The notes: a model not told the origin generated them from the sequence alone. A stretch of DNA of 64,000 nt from an uncultured Christensenella sp. (GCA_964418255.1 CAYQKV010000002.1:108421-172420), one strand, 5' to 3'; shown: positions 46,001 through 55,315, numbered from the stretch's first letter. Translations and numbers: made by a program.

Positions 46001-47569
46001 ATGAAAAAAGCGAAAAATTTAAGTACCGTTCGGAATAAAGTTACGGCGTGCGTGGTAGCGCTCTTTGCGTTTATCGCGCCGTGGATTTTTTATTCCTGTC
46101 GGGTGGGATACGTTTTTATAGACAGTTATACTTTCTCGGGTTTGAGTATGACGCTGTTTTTTATAATGGTATTTAACGCGCTTGTTGCGGCGGCAAACGC
46201 GTTTTTATTGCTGACCGGTTTGGAAAGAGTTCCCGAGGGAAAGAAAGAGAAACTGCCGCTTATAGCAAAAGGCGTGTGGATTTCGGAAATCGTCGTCTCA
46301 ATTCTTACGGCTTTGTTCACGGTCGCGTGGGTCGTGTTTTTTGTAGTGCTCGGGGAAGAATCTTCGCCTCTTGCGGGGAGAATGCTCGCCTCGGTTGCGC
46401 CTTATATGGCGATTACTTTCTGCGCCGTGTTTTTCGCGTTGTTCTTCCCCGCGGTTAAAAACGGAAAAGCAAGGCTTACGGTATTGTGTTTTTGCGTTGT
46501 CGCAGGTATAATCGGTCTTACAAGCGCGATTTTTCCCTTCGGAAAGTTTGAATTTATCTCCGACCCCGCGGTCATCGACACGGGAGACGGATATTCGGTT
46601 GTTTTTGCGCTTTCGGATACCGGAACAGGATATATAGAATACGAATTCGGCGGAAAAGAGTATAGAATATACAATGAGGACGGCGGACGGAAAGTGAACG
46701 CGAGGATACATAGTTTTACCGTTCCGTACGAAGCGGCGGCAAGCGGCTATAAGGTAGGAGCGACGCGGGTGACAGACGAGCTTACTTACGGCGGGAGGGT
46801 CGGAAAGAGCATAGAGAGCGGCGAGTACGAAATCAAGCCGATTAAGGGCGAAGAACAGAAATATTTATGTGTGTCCGACTGGCATACGGAGTTGAAAAAG
46901 GCGAAAAAAACCGCGGGATATATAAGCGGATACGACGGAATAATTCTGCTCGGAGACGCGGCGGCGGGTTTGCAATACGAAGAGGAAGCCGCGGAATACG
47001 TGGTGGGATTTGCGGGCGACCTGTCAAAGGGCAGCGTACCGATAATTTACGCGAGAGGAAATCACGAAACAAGGGGAGCGTATGCGTCCGAACTTAGGGA
47101 CGCGCTCAATCTTAAAGAATTTTATACGGATATAAAGGTGGGAAATTATCGATTCATCGTGCTTGATTCGGCGGAGGATAAAGAGGACGGACACGCGGAA
47201 TACGGACAAATGGCGGATTATTCGGCTTATAGGGAAAGAATGGTTGAATTTCTCGAAGGGCTCAACGCGGAAGAGGGGGAGAAAATCGTCGTTATATGCC
47301 ACGATTATAAAATATGTCGGGAAGAGGAATTGTCGGAAAGAGCGCTTGCAAAACTCGGAAATTTAGGCGCGACGGTAATTCTTTGCGGACACTATCACGA
47401 AGTGGGGTTCGGAGAAATCGGCGGGATACCGTATTTTATCGACGGGGGTAAAACGGACGAAGGGTTTATCGTAAGCGAAGTCAGGATAAGAGAAAGCGGA
47501 ATAACGATGACGGCGATAGACGAAGACGGAAAAACGGTCGATAGTTATAAAATAGACGAGTGGAAGTAA
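46001..47569 (+). CDS. Membrane-anchored metallophosphoesterase
   Basis: N-terminal region of about 190 aa with several TM helices. Calcineurin-like motifs follow: SDWH, GD, GNHE and GHYH. Confidence 0.7.
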   Translation: MKKAKNLSTVRNKVTACVVALFAFIAPWIFYSCRVGYVFIDSYTFSGLSMTLFFIMVFNALVAAANAFLLLTGLERVPEGKKEKLPLIAKGVWISEIVVSILTALFTVAWVVFFVVLGEESSPLAGRMLASVAPYMAITFCAVFFALFFPAVKNGKARLTVLCFCVVAGIIGLTSAIFPFGKFEFISDPAVIDTGDGYSVVFALSDTGTGYIEYEFGGKEYRIYNEDGGRKVNARIHSFTVPYEAAASGYKVGATRVTDELTYGGRVGKSIESGEYEIKPIKGEEQKYLCVSDWHTELKKAKKTAGYISGYDGIILLGDAAAGLQYEEEAAEYVVGFAGDLSKGSVPIIYARGNHETRGAYASELRDALNLKEFYTDIKVGNYRFIVLDSAEDKEDGHAEYGQMADYSAYRERMVEFLEGLNAEEGEKIVVICHDYKICREEELSERALAKLGNLGATVILCGHYHEVGFGEIGGIPYFIDGGKTDEGFIVSEVRIRESGITMTAIDEDGKTVDSYKIDEWK

Positions 47570-47623
47570 AAAACGAGCAAGGAAGTTTTTCGAAAATTTT
47601 GCAAATTTTTGAAAAATACCCCC

Positions 47624-47652
47624 TTGACAGAAAATGAAGGATACAATATACT
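47624..47652 (+). promoter_or_regulatory. Sigma-70 promoter for hup
   Basis: ttgaca (47624-29), 17-nt spacer, tatact (47647-52). Confidence 0.6.
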
Positions 47653-47765
47653 GAAATTGAGGGAAACGTCGGAATAAACGCCGATTATCCCCGAAAAGCA
47701 GGAGAAAACGGATAAGCGGGCGACGCAAAAACCGATTCTTAATACATAATTTGGAGGAAAGTATA

Positions 47766-48041
47766 ATGAACAAAAAAGAATTTGTCAAGGCAATCGCCAA
47801 GGAAATGGACGCGTCCAACCAGGTTGCGGAAAAGGCATACGACGCATTTGTGGCGGCGGTAACCAACGCGCTTAAAGACGGCGACAAAATTCAGCTTGCG
47901 GGATTCGGCACGTTCGAAGTGAAAGAAGTGCCGGCAAAAACGGGAATAAACCCGCGTACGCAGGAAAAAGTAGAAATCCCCGCGTCGAAAAAACCGGTGC
48001 TTAAATTCGGAAAAGCATACAAAGAGATAATCAATAAATAA
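47766..48041 (+). CDS. hup: DNA-binding protein HU
   Basis: MNKKEFVKAIA...GFGTFEVKE.PA..G.NPRT...V.IPA...P.FK.GK is the canonical HU sequence. Confidence 0.95.
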   Translation: MNKKEFVKAIAKEMDASNQVAEKAYDAFVAAVTNALKDGDKIQLAGFGTFEVKEVPAKTGINPRTQEKVEIPASKKPVLKFGKAYKEIINK

Positions 48042-48083
48042 GATTTTTACGCAAGATAGTCGATTTCCATATTCAGATTTGGC

Positions 48084-48118
48084 AATGAGTTCGGGAAAAC
48101 TCCGAACTCATTTCATTT
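48084..48118 (+). terminator. Rho-independent terminator after hup
   Basis: aatgagttcgg-gaaaact-ccgaactcatt followed by tcattt. Confidence 0.7.
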
Positions 48119-48274
48119 ACAAAAGGAAGCGAAACATACCGTTCCGCTTTCGGTTATTTGTACTATAAAATATCGTATCAACCCACCCGCCCGCCCGAAT
48201 TGCTTTTCTTCTTTATCCGCTTCCGGGGTTTAATAAGGAGTCTCCCCTTATTTCGTGAAAGGGTGTAGGGAATT

Positions 48275-48475
48275 CATATTCAAAAAGCGAAAACTACGTT
48301 TTTCGTTTTTTGCCCTTATGGAAATAATTAAGGGGAGTGAACCCCTTGCGGACTTAAATGAAAAGGAAGTCGGTACGAATTCATTCATTATGAGTCCGAC
48401 TTGCGCGGATATAAGGTTTTATCGGCACAAAGCGTAGCGACTGGCGGAAAATCTCCGCGCAACGACTGGTCGGAT
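48275..48475 (+). repeat. Structured repeat element, subfamily 1, copy 4 (partly degenerate)
   Basis: H1 is caaaaagcgaaaa/ttttcgttttttg. H2 is aagggg/cccctt. H4 is ttgcgcgga/tccgcgcaa and tccgac/gtcgga. H3 and the inner part of H4 carry mismatches. Confidence 0.8.
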
Positions 48476-48498
48476 AAAACAGATAATAAAGCCAATGC

Positions 48499-48527
48499 TT
48501 GACATATTGCGCGTCATTATATATAAT
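48499..48527 (+). promoter_or_regulatory. Sigma-70 promoter for rplI
   Basis: ttgaca (48499-504), 17-nt spacer, tataat (48522-27). Confidence 0.7.
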
Positions 48528-48556
48528 TTAGTGGAAAAAACTTACGGAGAATCAGT

Positions 48557-48997
48557 ATGAAAGTCATATTATTGCAAGACGTTAAACCCTTAGGCAAAAA
48601 AGGCGACATAGCCGAAGTGAACGACGGATACGCGAAGAATTTTCTCATACCTAAGAAAATGGCGACGGCGGCGACCAAAGACGCGCAGAACGAACGCAAT
48701 CAGCGTATAGCCAACGAAGAGAAGAGAAAAGCGGAAGAAAAAGCCGAGGCGTTGGCGTTATACGCGAAAATTAACGGAGCGACGGTAAAAGTGCCCGTCA
48801 AATGCTTCGAAGGAAAGATGTACGGAAGCGTAACCGCGGCGGACGTTGCGAACGGGCTGGCGCAGATGGGTTTTACCGTAGACAAGAAGAAAATAACCGT
48901 GCCTTCCTCGATAAAGAACGTGGGAGAATACGACGCCGAAGTATGGTGCTATAAAGAAACGGTGGCGAAAATCCGTATCGCGGTCGTAGCGGAGTAG
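48557..48997 (+). CDS. rplI: 50S ribosomal protein L9
   Basis: [30 protein letters not shown] is the canonical L9 N-terminus. Confidence 0.95.
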   Translation: MKVILLQDVKPLGKKGDIAEVNDGYAKNFLIPKKMATAATKDAQNERNQRIANEEKRKAEEKAEALALYAKINGATVKVPVKCFEGKMYGSVTAADVANGLAQMGFTVDKKKITVPSSIKNVGEYDAEVWCYKETVAKIRIAVVAE

Positions 48998-49037
48998 TTT
49001 TTTAACAGAAAAACCGGTTTTTTAAGTAAGAATTCGG

Positions 49038-49066
49038 ACGCGCCGCATTTTTGCGGCGTTTTTCTT
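49038..49066 (+). terminator. Rho-independent terminator after rplI
   Basis: acgcgccgca-ttt-tgcggcgt followed by ttttcttt. Confidence 0.7.
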
Positions 49067-49135
49067 TATCAAACCTTGAAAAACCTCGGTTATCTTTACA
49101 AAAAAAGCAAAGTGCGGTATAATTACGTAGACAAA

Positions 49136-50725
49136 ATGAAGAAAAAGTTACTGTTTTTAATTCTTGTCGCGCTTGTTGCGGCGATATTTACGGGTTGCGA
49201 AAAGACGTTCCCGTCCGATTTGTATATCGAGGCGACGGACGTAGTAAACGCGCCCGCAGGGGAGTATTATCTTCCTTATTCCGTCAATAATTTTTCCTCG
49301 TACGAAATGAAATACGATTTGTTCGTTTCGGTGAAGGCATACGTTTTGCCCGACAACACCCCTGTTACAGTCAACAATAACCGCTCGATAACGGTGGAAA
49401 AAGAAAAGACGTATTCGGTCGTAGTGCGGCTTTACGGCGCGGTTGACGGAAAAAATCTGAGTCAGACCAAGTCGTTTACCGTCGAAGCGGAAAAAGCGGA
49501 CAGAGTTATCACGTTTATGCACGAAGACAATACGGTCGTCAAAAAATTTATCGTGCCTTACGGCGGCAGTCTCGCTTTCGACGAGGTGCCCGAACTTCCC
49601 GACAGATACGAACTTTCTGACGAGAGCCATTATACGGAAATCGTTTCAAAACGTTGGGTCGTATACGAAAAAGTAGGGGAAAACACGGAAACGCGCGAAC
49701 TTATCGAAGAGTATCTTACAAACGTAACGGAAAATATTCCCGTGTACAGCGAGTACGTTTATTCTACAAAGCCTCTCGAATGTACGGTAAAGTTCGATAC
49801 CGACGGCGGTTCGGAAATTCCCGACTACCACGGCGATACCGACACGGTTATGCCCAAATCCGCTTCTCCCGTTAAAGACGGATATACGTTCGTAGGGTGG
49901 TGTACCGACGAAGAAAGAACGGAGTTTTATAACTGGGCGCAGAGCGTAAAATTGAAAAAAGATATGGTTTTATACGCCAAATGGGTAAAAAACACGGAAA
50001 ATGCAACGCCGAATTCGAATTTCAATTTTTATCTTTCCGAGGACAACTACGGGAACGAGTTTTATCTGATAGAAGCTAAGGACAAAGAAAATCTCGGCGG
50101 AATTCTCGTTTTGCCGAACAATTATCTCGGCTTGCCCGTAAGAGGAATGACCGAGCGCGCGTTTCAAGGGACGTCGATTACTTCGGTAATAATCCCCAAC
50201 TGCTACGTGCTCGATAATCAGAGAGGGTTCGCCGAATGCAGAAATCTGAAAACCGCTACGATAGAAGCGGGAGGCGTCACCGACACGATTGCGTCGGAAT
50301 TTTTCTATCAATGCACCGCGCTCGAATACGTCGATTTGCCCGACGGAATTAACATAATACGCCCCGGCGCGTTTACGAACTGCCTCTCTTTAAGGGAAAT
50401 AACTTTGCCTTCCTCGCTATATTTCATCAACAGTCGCGCGTTCGTCGGGTGTAAGGCCTTACGGCGGGTGGATATTCCCGATACCGTGACGGTAATAGGA
50501 GAAGAGGCATTTTCGGGATGCGCCGAACTTGCCGAACTCATAATAGGGGAAAAGAGTGGGATAAAAGCAATCGAAACAAACGCGCTTAAAGATACGAAAA
50601 TAACCGAAATAACCTTGCCGTATAAATGGAGTCTTGAGGAAAATCTGCCGATAGACGATAAGAATATCACCGTAAAGTTCTACCCCGACAGACAGGAAGA
50701 GGAAGAAGAGGGAACGGAAGAATAA
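49136..50725 (+). CDS. Lipoprotein with a Listeria-Bacteroides-type repeat and BspA-type LRRs (small paralog of the giant protein)
   Basis: The ATG at 49136 gives MKKKLLFLILVALVAAIFTGC (lipobox). The segment FDTDGGSEIP....DGYTFVGW is followed by IxxxAFxxCxxLxxIxLP repeats. The C-terminal tail is acidic. Confidence 0.85.
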   Translation: MKKKLLFLILVALVAAIFTGCEKTFPSDLYIEATDVVNAPAGEYYLPYSVNNFSSYEMKYDLFVSVKAYVLPDNTPVTVNNNRSITVEKEKTYSVVVRLYGAVDGKNLSQTKSFTVEAEKADRVITFMHEDNTVVKKFIVPYGGSLAFDEVPELPDRYELSDESHYTEIVSKRWVVYEKVGENTETRELIEEYLTNVTENIPVYSEYVYSTKPLECTVKFDTDGGSEIPDYHGDTDTVMPKSASPVKDGYTFVGWCTDEERTEFYNWAQSVKLKKDMVLYAKWVKNTENATPNSNFNFYLSEDNYGNEFYLIEAKDKENLGGILVLPNNYLGLPVRGMTERAFQGTSITSVIIPNCYVLDNQRGFAECRNLKTATIEAGGVTDTIASEFFYQCTALEYVDLPDGINIIRPGAFTNCLSLREITLPSSLYFINSRAFVGCKALRRVDIPDTVTVIGEEAFSGCAELAELIIGEKSGIKAIETNALKDTKITEITLPYKWSLEENLPIDDKNITVKFYPDRQEEEEEGTEE

Positions 50726-50747
50726 CGGGTTCATAGTATAAAAAAAT

Positions 50748-50782
50748 AACTGTTTCCGTGTGAAATGCGGAAACAGTTTTTC
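50748..50782. terminator. Bidirectional terminator between the LRR lipoprotein gene and secG
   Basis: aactgtttccg-tgtgaaatg-cggaaacagtt, flanked by an A-run and a T-run. Confidence 0.8.
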
Positions 50783-50816
50783 TATTTTGTAAGGTTTTTG
50801 TTTAACGGGAATTCTT

Positions 50817-51113
50817 TTAGCCGAGTCTGTGGAGAAGAACCTGGAACACAAAGAAGAGAATGGAGAAGACGAGCATACTCGAAGCTACGATGATCGTCGC
50901 AAGTTTGAATTTGCCGTCTATGCTTCTCGATTTGTGTCTGCCGAAGAACGTGTCCGTTCCGCCGGTTATAGCGCTCATCCCGTTGTTATCGCTGCCGCGT
51001 TGCATAAGAACGATAACAATCATCGCTATGGCTGCGAGTACGAGCAGCACCATAAAAGCGATGCAAAATCCGAAATATACGTCCGCGGCAGTAGCCGCAA
51101 TCAAACCAAACAT
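50817..51113 (-). CDS. secG: Preprotein translocase subunit SecG
   Basis: Two TM helices around LMQRGSDNNGMSAITGG...FFG (compare the LLQ.GKG..LSGAFGG pattern). Confidence 0.7.
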   Translation of the reverse strand: MFGLIAATAADVYFGFCIAFMVLLVLAAIAMIVIVLMQRGSDNNGMSAITGGTDTFFGRHKSRSIDGKFKLATIIVASSMLVFSILFFVFQVLLHRLG

Positions 51114-51228
51114 CTATCTAACTCCTTAAAGTAATAATTCGATATTGCTAAAACATTTTATCATAACTTACGCGCTATGACAAGCGTTTTTTGCGTTTTG
51201 GCGTAAATTTAAGTTTTTTACGCGTAAA

Positions 51229-52170
51229 TCAGTAGAACATAGTAACCACGTCTTCGGGCGCGGGCTCGGTCGCTTTTTCGAATTTCATAGCGAGAAGAAT
51301 GGGTCCTTCGCCGCCGTAAACCTTGTGCTTGTTTACGCATATCTTTGCCGTAAGATAGTACCACTGTCCCGTTGCAAACGAACGCGAACCGTTATGTTCG
51401 CATACCAAACCGCAGTATTTGGTATCCGCTTCGCAACAAGTCATTATGTGTCTTCCTACGACGACGGTGGTTTTTCCCAGGCTTCTGTCGTAAGCGGTTA
51501 CGCAAAGAAAGCGCACGGTTTTGCCGTGATAGGCTTTCATATTTTCCGTAAGTTCGCGGTAAAAGTACGCGTAGTCTCTGTCTTCGATTTCGATAATCGG
51601 CGCGTTTACGTCGAAGGGCAACGGGTCTTCTATGTCGTCGCGTTCGATTTCTTTACGTTCGTTTTCGTAAATTATGTCGTTGTTTCTCGAAATACCTCTG
51701 ACGATTTTATGATACGGCGTCTTGTCATCGCCGCTTTTGTAACGGTTGAAGACGATGAGGTCGGCGTACTGAATTTTATCGAAAACCAGTTGGCGCATAT
51801 TTGCGTTGTAAATGAGAATATTCGTACAGTCGAATATAGCCATAATCTGGCATACGACCCAGTTTTCGGGCATTGCGTCGAGGAAATCGCCGAGTTCCCA
51901 CATACCGTTGTATTCGACGAAAATACGCGTATAATCGCCGTCGGTTTCCGCTTTCGACATCTTTTCGAGCGTGATGAAATTTTTATCGAGGTGGAAAACG
52001 TCGGTGTTTTTCAACTTCTTTTCTTCGTATTCTTCCTCTCCGTCTTCGAAAACGAACAAAGCGGTCTTTTCGCCCGTGTCCAGCTCTTCGCTCGCAAGAG
52101 CGTTGGATATGAAAGTCGTCTTTCCCGCTTCGAGAAAACCGCAGAAAATGTAAACTCCTACTTCGTGCAT
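51229..52170 (-). CDS. P-loop NTPase (G3E/CobW-like N-domain) fused to a Cys-rich C-domain with a CCxxD motif (DUF1980-like)
   Basis: Walker A GFLEAGKTT. C-terminal GRHIMTCCEADTKYCGLVC resembles the R..M.CC.AD motif I recall from DUF1980/TIGR03943 proteins. Starts 9 nt downstream of the COG0523 gene. Confidence 0.6.
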   Translation of the reverse strand: MHEVGVYIFCGFLEAGKTTFISNALASEELDTGEKTALFVFEDGEEEYEEKKLKNTDVFHLDKNFITLEKMSKAETDGDYTRIFVEYNGMWELGDFLDAMPENWVVCQIMAIFDCTNILIYNANMRQLVFDKIQYADLIVFNRYKSGDDKTPYHKIVRGISRNNDIIYENERKEIERDDIEDPLPFDVNAPIIEIEDRDYAYFYRELTENMKAYHGKTVRFLCVTAYDRSLGKTTVVVGRHIMTCCEADTKYCGLVCEHNGSRSFATGQWYYLTAKICVNKHKVYGGEGPILLAMKFEKATEPAPEDVVTMFY

Positions 52171-52179
52171 TTTTACCTC

Positions 52180-53304
52180 TTAAAGTCCGAAAAGTTCTCC
52201 GAGCGCGCTCTCGTTAAGTTTGCTTCCGATAACGCATATTTTACCGATTACGTCCGCGCTTCCGCTTCTTACGTCCGCGCCGTCGGGGATATAGTCGAAG
52301 TGTAACCACTCGTTTTCCCCGCGTACGATACCTTTCGCGCGGAGAACCGCTCCGAATTTTTCTTCGTCTCCCAAAGCGGAGAGAATCGCTTCAAGCCGCT
52401 CTTTCGTATAGGTCGCCGTCGTTTCTTTCCCCCACGAAACGAAAACTTCGTCCGCGTCGTGTCCGTGATGATGGTGATGACAGCAGTGTTCGTGTTCATC
52501 TTCCTCGTCGTGGTGATGACAGCAATGTTCGTGCTCGTCGTCCTCGTCGTGGTGATGGTGGCAGTGTTCGTGCTCATCTTCCTCGTCGTGGTGATGGTGG
52601 CAGTGTTCGTGCTCATCTTCCTCGTCGTGGTGATGACAGCAGTGCTCGTCTTCTTCGTCGTGATGATGGCAATGTTCGTGTTCGGAGAGGAGTTCGTCTG
52701 CCATTTTTTTTGCGGAAGAACGGCTTTCCATTGCGGCAAGGACGGTTTTTCCGTCGAGTTCGCTCAAAGGAGAGGCGATAACGGACGCGTTGGGGTTATG
52801 CTCTTTTACGAACGCGAGACATTCCGCGGTTTTCGTTTCGGTCGCGTCGTCGGTGTGGCTAAGCACCACGCAGTCGGCGTTTTCAAGTTGGTCGAGGAAG
52901 AATTCGCCGAAGTTTTTCGCGTACATAAGGCATTTTTTGACGTTCACGACGGTAGTTTTCGTGTTAATAGGCGCGTTGTCGAGACCTCTTTCCACGGCTT
53001 TTTCCACGTCGCTCAGTTTGCCTACTCCCGACGGTTCGATTATTATACGGTCGGGCGAATAGTCCTCGGTTACTTTTTTGAGGGCTTTTGCGAAATCGCC
53101 GACAAGGCTGCAACAAATGCAACCGCTGTTCATTTCCGTGATTTCCACGCCCGCGTCGCGTAAGAAACCGCCGTCTACGCCGATTTCTCCGAATTCGTTT
53201 TCTATAAGGACGACTTTTTCGCCTTTATAGGCTTCTTTTATCAGTTTTTTGATTAAAGTGGTCTTTCCCGCTCCGAGAAAGCCCGAAAAAATATCTATTT
53301 TCAT
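52180..53304 (-). CDS. COG0523/CobW-family metallochaperone GTPase with a long His/Cys/acidic repeat insert
   Basis: Walker A GFLGAGKTT, the CxCC motif GCICCS, a CobW C-domain, and about 75 aa of (HEHC[C/H]HHHDEEDE)n. The ATG at 53304 is preferred over the track start at 53367. Confidence 0.85.
   Translation of the reverse strand: MKIDIFSGFLGAGKTTLIKKLIKEAYKGEKVVLIENEFGEIGVDGGFLRDAGVEITEMNSGCICCSLVGDFAKALKKVTEDYSPDRIIIEPSGVGKLSDVEKAVERGLDNAPINTKTTVVNVKKCLMYAKNFGEFFLDQLENADCVVLSHTDDATETKTAECLAFVKEHNPNASVIASPLSELDGKTVLAAMESRSSAKKMADELLSEHEHCHHHDEEDEHCCHHHDEEDEHEHCHHHHDEEDEHEHCHHHHDEDDEHEHCCHHHDEEDEHEHCCHHHHHGHDADEVFVSWGKETTATYTKERLEAILSALGDEEKFGAVLRAKGIVRGENEWLHFDYIPDGADVRSGSADVIGKICVIGSKLNESALGELFGL
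52455..52690 (-). repeat. In-frame tandem DNA repeats (about 33-39 bp) encoding the His-rich tract
   Basis: 52561-52599 and 52600-52635 are identical for 36 nt. Flanking units are diverged copies. Confidence 0.8.
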
Positions 53305-53375
53305 TTTCCGTAAACCTCCGTTAAAGAAAATTTTTTGAGTTTTGTATTTTTTTGCCGCTTTGCGCAAAACTATCG

Positions 53376-54047
53376 TCAGTCGAAGTCCGCGCTTTGCGAC
53401 GGTTTGAGTATCAGAGTTTTCCCTTTTACGAGGGAGGCGAAACGCTCCGCGTCCGCTTTAATCGGCGGAAACGTGTCGTAGTGAATGGGAATGACGGTAT
53501 CGAACGAGAAATATTCGTTGCAGACAAACGCCGCTTTTTCTTCGTTCATAGTAAACCTGCCGCCTATGGGCACGAGCCCTATCGTCGGACGGTGGAAGCG
53601 GTTTATTAACGCCATATCGCCGAAAGCGTCGGTGTCGCCGAAGTGGTAGACCGTGTTATTACCCATTTTTATCACGAAACCGCCCGCTTCTCCGAGGTAA
53701 ACGCCCTTGTCCGAAGAGCTGTGAACGGCGGGGACGAGGGAAAAAGAGACGTCTCCGAAGTCGAGCGTGCCGCCGAAATTCATTCCGTAAGTATTGGTAA
53801 AGCCGTGGGAAGAGAGGTAAGAGCAGAGTTCGACTATGCCGACTATTACGGTGTTTTTGCCCGCTATCGAAGTAAGCGCGGCGGTGTGGTCGTCGTGTCC
53901 GTGAGTGAGAGCGATATAGTCGGGGTGTAAAAAGTTTGGATATTCCCGCATAACCGCGTCGAGGTTGGACGTAAACGGGTCGATAACCACCGTCGTTCCG
54001 TTATGTTCGAGCATTACGCAGGCGTGTTCTATAAAAGTAAGTTTCAT
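53376..54047 (-). CDS. UPF0173-family MBL-fold metal-dependent hydrolase
   Basis: MKLTFIEHACVMLEHNG..VVIDPF N-terminus and the LTHGHDDH motif. First gene of the operon with the two GTPase-like genes. Confidence 0.8.
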   Translation of the reverse strand: MKLTFIEHACVMLEHNGTTVVIDPFTSNLDAVMREYPNFLHPDYIALTHGHDDHTAALTSIAGKNTVIVGIVELCSYLSSHGFTNTYGMNFGGTLDFGDVSFSLVPAVHSSSDKGVYLGEAGGFVIKMGNNTVYHFGDTDAFGDMALINRFHRPTIGLVPIGGRFTMNEEKAAFVCNEYFSFDTVIPIHYDTFPPIKADAERFASLVKGKTLILKPSQSADFD

Positions 54048-54065
54048 AATCGATAATCTCCGAAA

Positions 54066-54097
54066 CGGTTATATTATATTAGTATACCATATAACCG
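54066..54097. promoter_or_regulatory. Inverted repeat over the putative -10 of the MBL/COG0523 operon (candidate operator)
   Basis: cggttatat, 14-nt spacer, atataaccg. The spacer contains tatact/tataat on the minus strand. Lies 19-50 nt upstream of the start codon. Confidence 0.35.
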
Positions 54098-54178
54098 AAC
54101 GGATTACAAACGAAAGGGAACAATGAATTATGCGTTCAAACGCAATTTGTCCGAACCGCAAATCAAAAAGTATATCGA

Positions 54179-55063
54179 TTAGTTAGCAGATTTATCGTTT
54201 TGTTTTTTTTGCGCTTTTTTCAATTTGATTTTTACGGCGAGAGGGTGGAACATATCGCAGAGTTCGTCTTCGTCGGGTTCGCCCTTAATCAAAGCGAGTT
54301 TTCCGTTCTCGTTCCGTTTCAGACGGGAAATAAGGAAAGAAGAGCGGTTGAGGATTACAAGCCCCACGCCGAAAATGGTCGGCCACAGCAAAATCCACCA
54401 CCACTGATGAAAGGTCGCGTCGTCGTAGAAAAAGAACGGGTTTGCAACGCCGTACATTCCCGCGTTCAACAATCCTTGTTCTCCGCCGTATACGGATTTC
54501 ATAATAATTCCGAAAATTTTGTCTGTAAGATAAAATATCGTCGGCGGGACGATGCCCAACGTGCCGTAGATTTTGCGCGTTTTTCCTTTTTCTTCGAACA
54601 AGACGTACATAATAACGTACAAAACGGGGCACAGGAAGAAGGACAGGAATATTTTTAAGTCAAGCCAATATCCTGCCGTCGCGATGGCGGGGTAGATACT
54701 GCCGTACGCCGTGGACGAAGTCAGGCGATAATTTCCTATTCTGTCGATAAAGAACGAACCGCAGATAAAGCAAAACAGCATACTGCTTAAAGCGCAGAAT
54801 TTAAGGAAGGAAAATTTCTTCGTATAGGTTGAAAACTCTCCGCTTTTGTAAATTTTCACGTCTTCGACAAGCGCGCCCGCCGTGCAGACGATAGACATAA
54901 TCAATGCCCAGACGAAATAGTTCGTGAAAAAGTACGCGTCGAATCCGCTCGGTTCGCTTCCCCCTCCGATAGACAAAAATCCGAGGTTTGCCAAAAGCCC
55001 TACGCACGCGATAACAAGATACGCGGTGCGGAAAATTATTTCTTTTATAAGTCTGTTTTGCAT
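54179..55063 (-). CDS. Integral membrane protein, function unknown
   Basis: 294 aa with about 8 hydrophobic segments and a basic C-terminal tail. Confidence 0.6.
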   Translation of the reverse strand: MQNRLIKEIIFRTAYLVIACVGLLANLGFLSIGGGSEPSGFDAYFFTNYFVWALIMSIVCTAGALVEDVKIYKSGEFSTYTKKFSFLKFCALSSMLFCFICGSFFIDRIGNYRLTSSTAYGSIYPAIATAGYWLDLKIFLSFFLCPVLYVIMYVLFEEKGKTRKIYGTLGIVPPTIFYLTDKIFGIIMKSVYGGEQGLLNAGMYGVANPFFFYDDATFHQWWWILLWPTIFGVGLVILNRSSFLISRLKRNENGKLALIKGEPDEDELCDMFHPLAVKIKLKKAQKKQNDKSAN

Positions 55064-55315
55064 TAGTGAATTAGTGCCCCTTTCTTTTTTTACCGTAAGT
55101 TCTTTACGGTTTTTTACATTATATCAGAAAGTCGTATCGTTGTAAAGACCGAACGCAATAAACGGTTCTAAATATATATGCGTGCGTTTTAGGCGGTTTT
55201 ATTAGAAATAACGACGCCGAGCGGAAACTTGTCCCGGTTTGAGTTGCGTTTTTTTTCAGTTCTGATATAATAGTTCTATTATAATAGTGTAGAGCGCAAA
55301 GCCGAACTAAGGAGA

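Noticed and set aside
52269-53163. Alternative-frame ORFs across the His-rich repeat (52269..52739 minus, 52459..53163 plus)
   Set aside because: They are generated by the repetitive GTG/ATG-rich DNA. The COG0523 frame carries all the catalytic motifs.
54060-54110. Zur box in front of the COG0523 operon
   Set aside because: The palindrome present (cggttatat-N14-atataaccg) does not resemble the Firmicute Zur consensus I know. It is kept only as a generic candidate operator.
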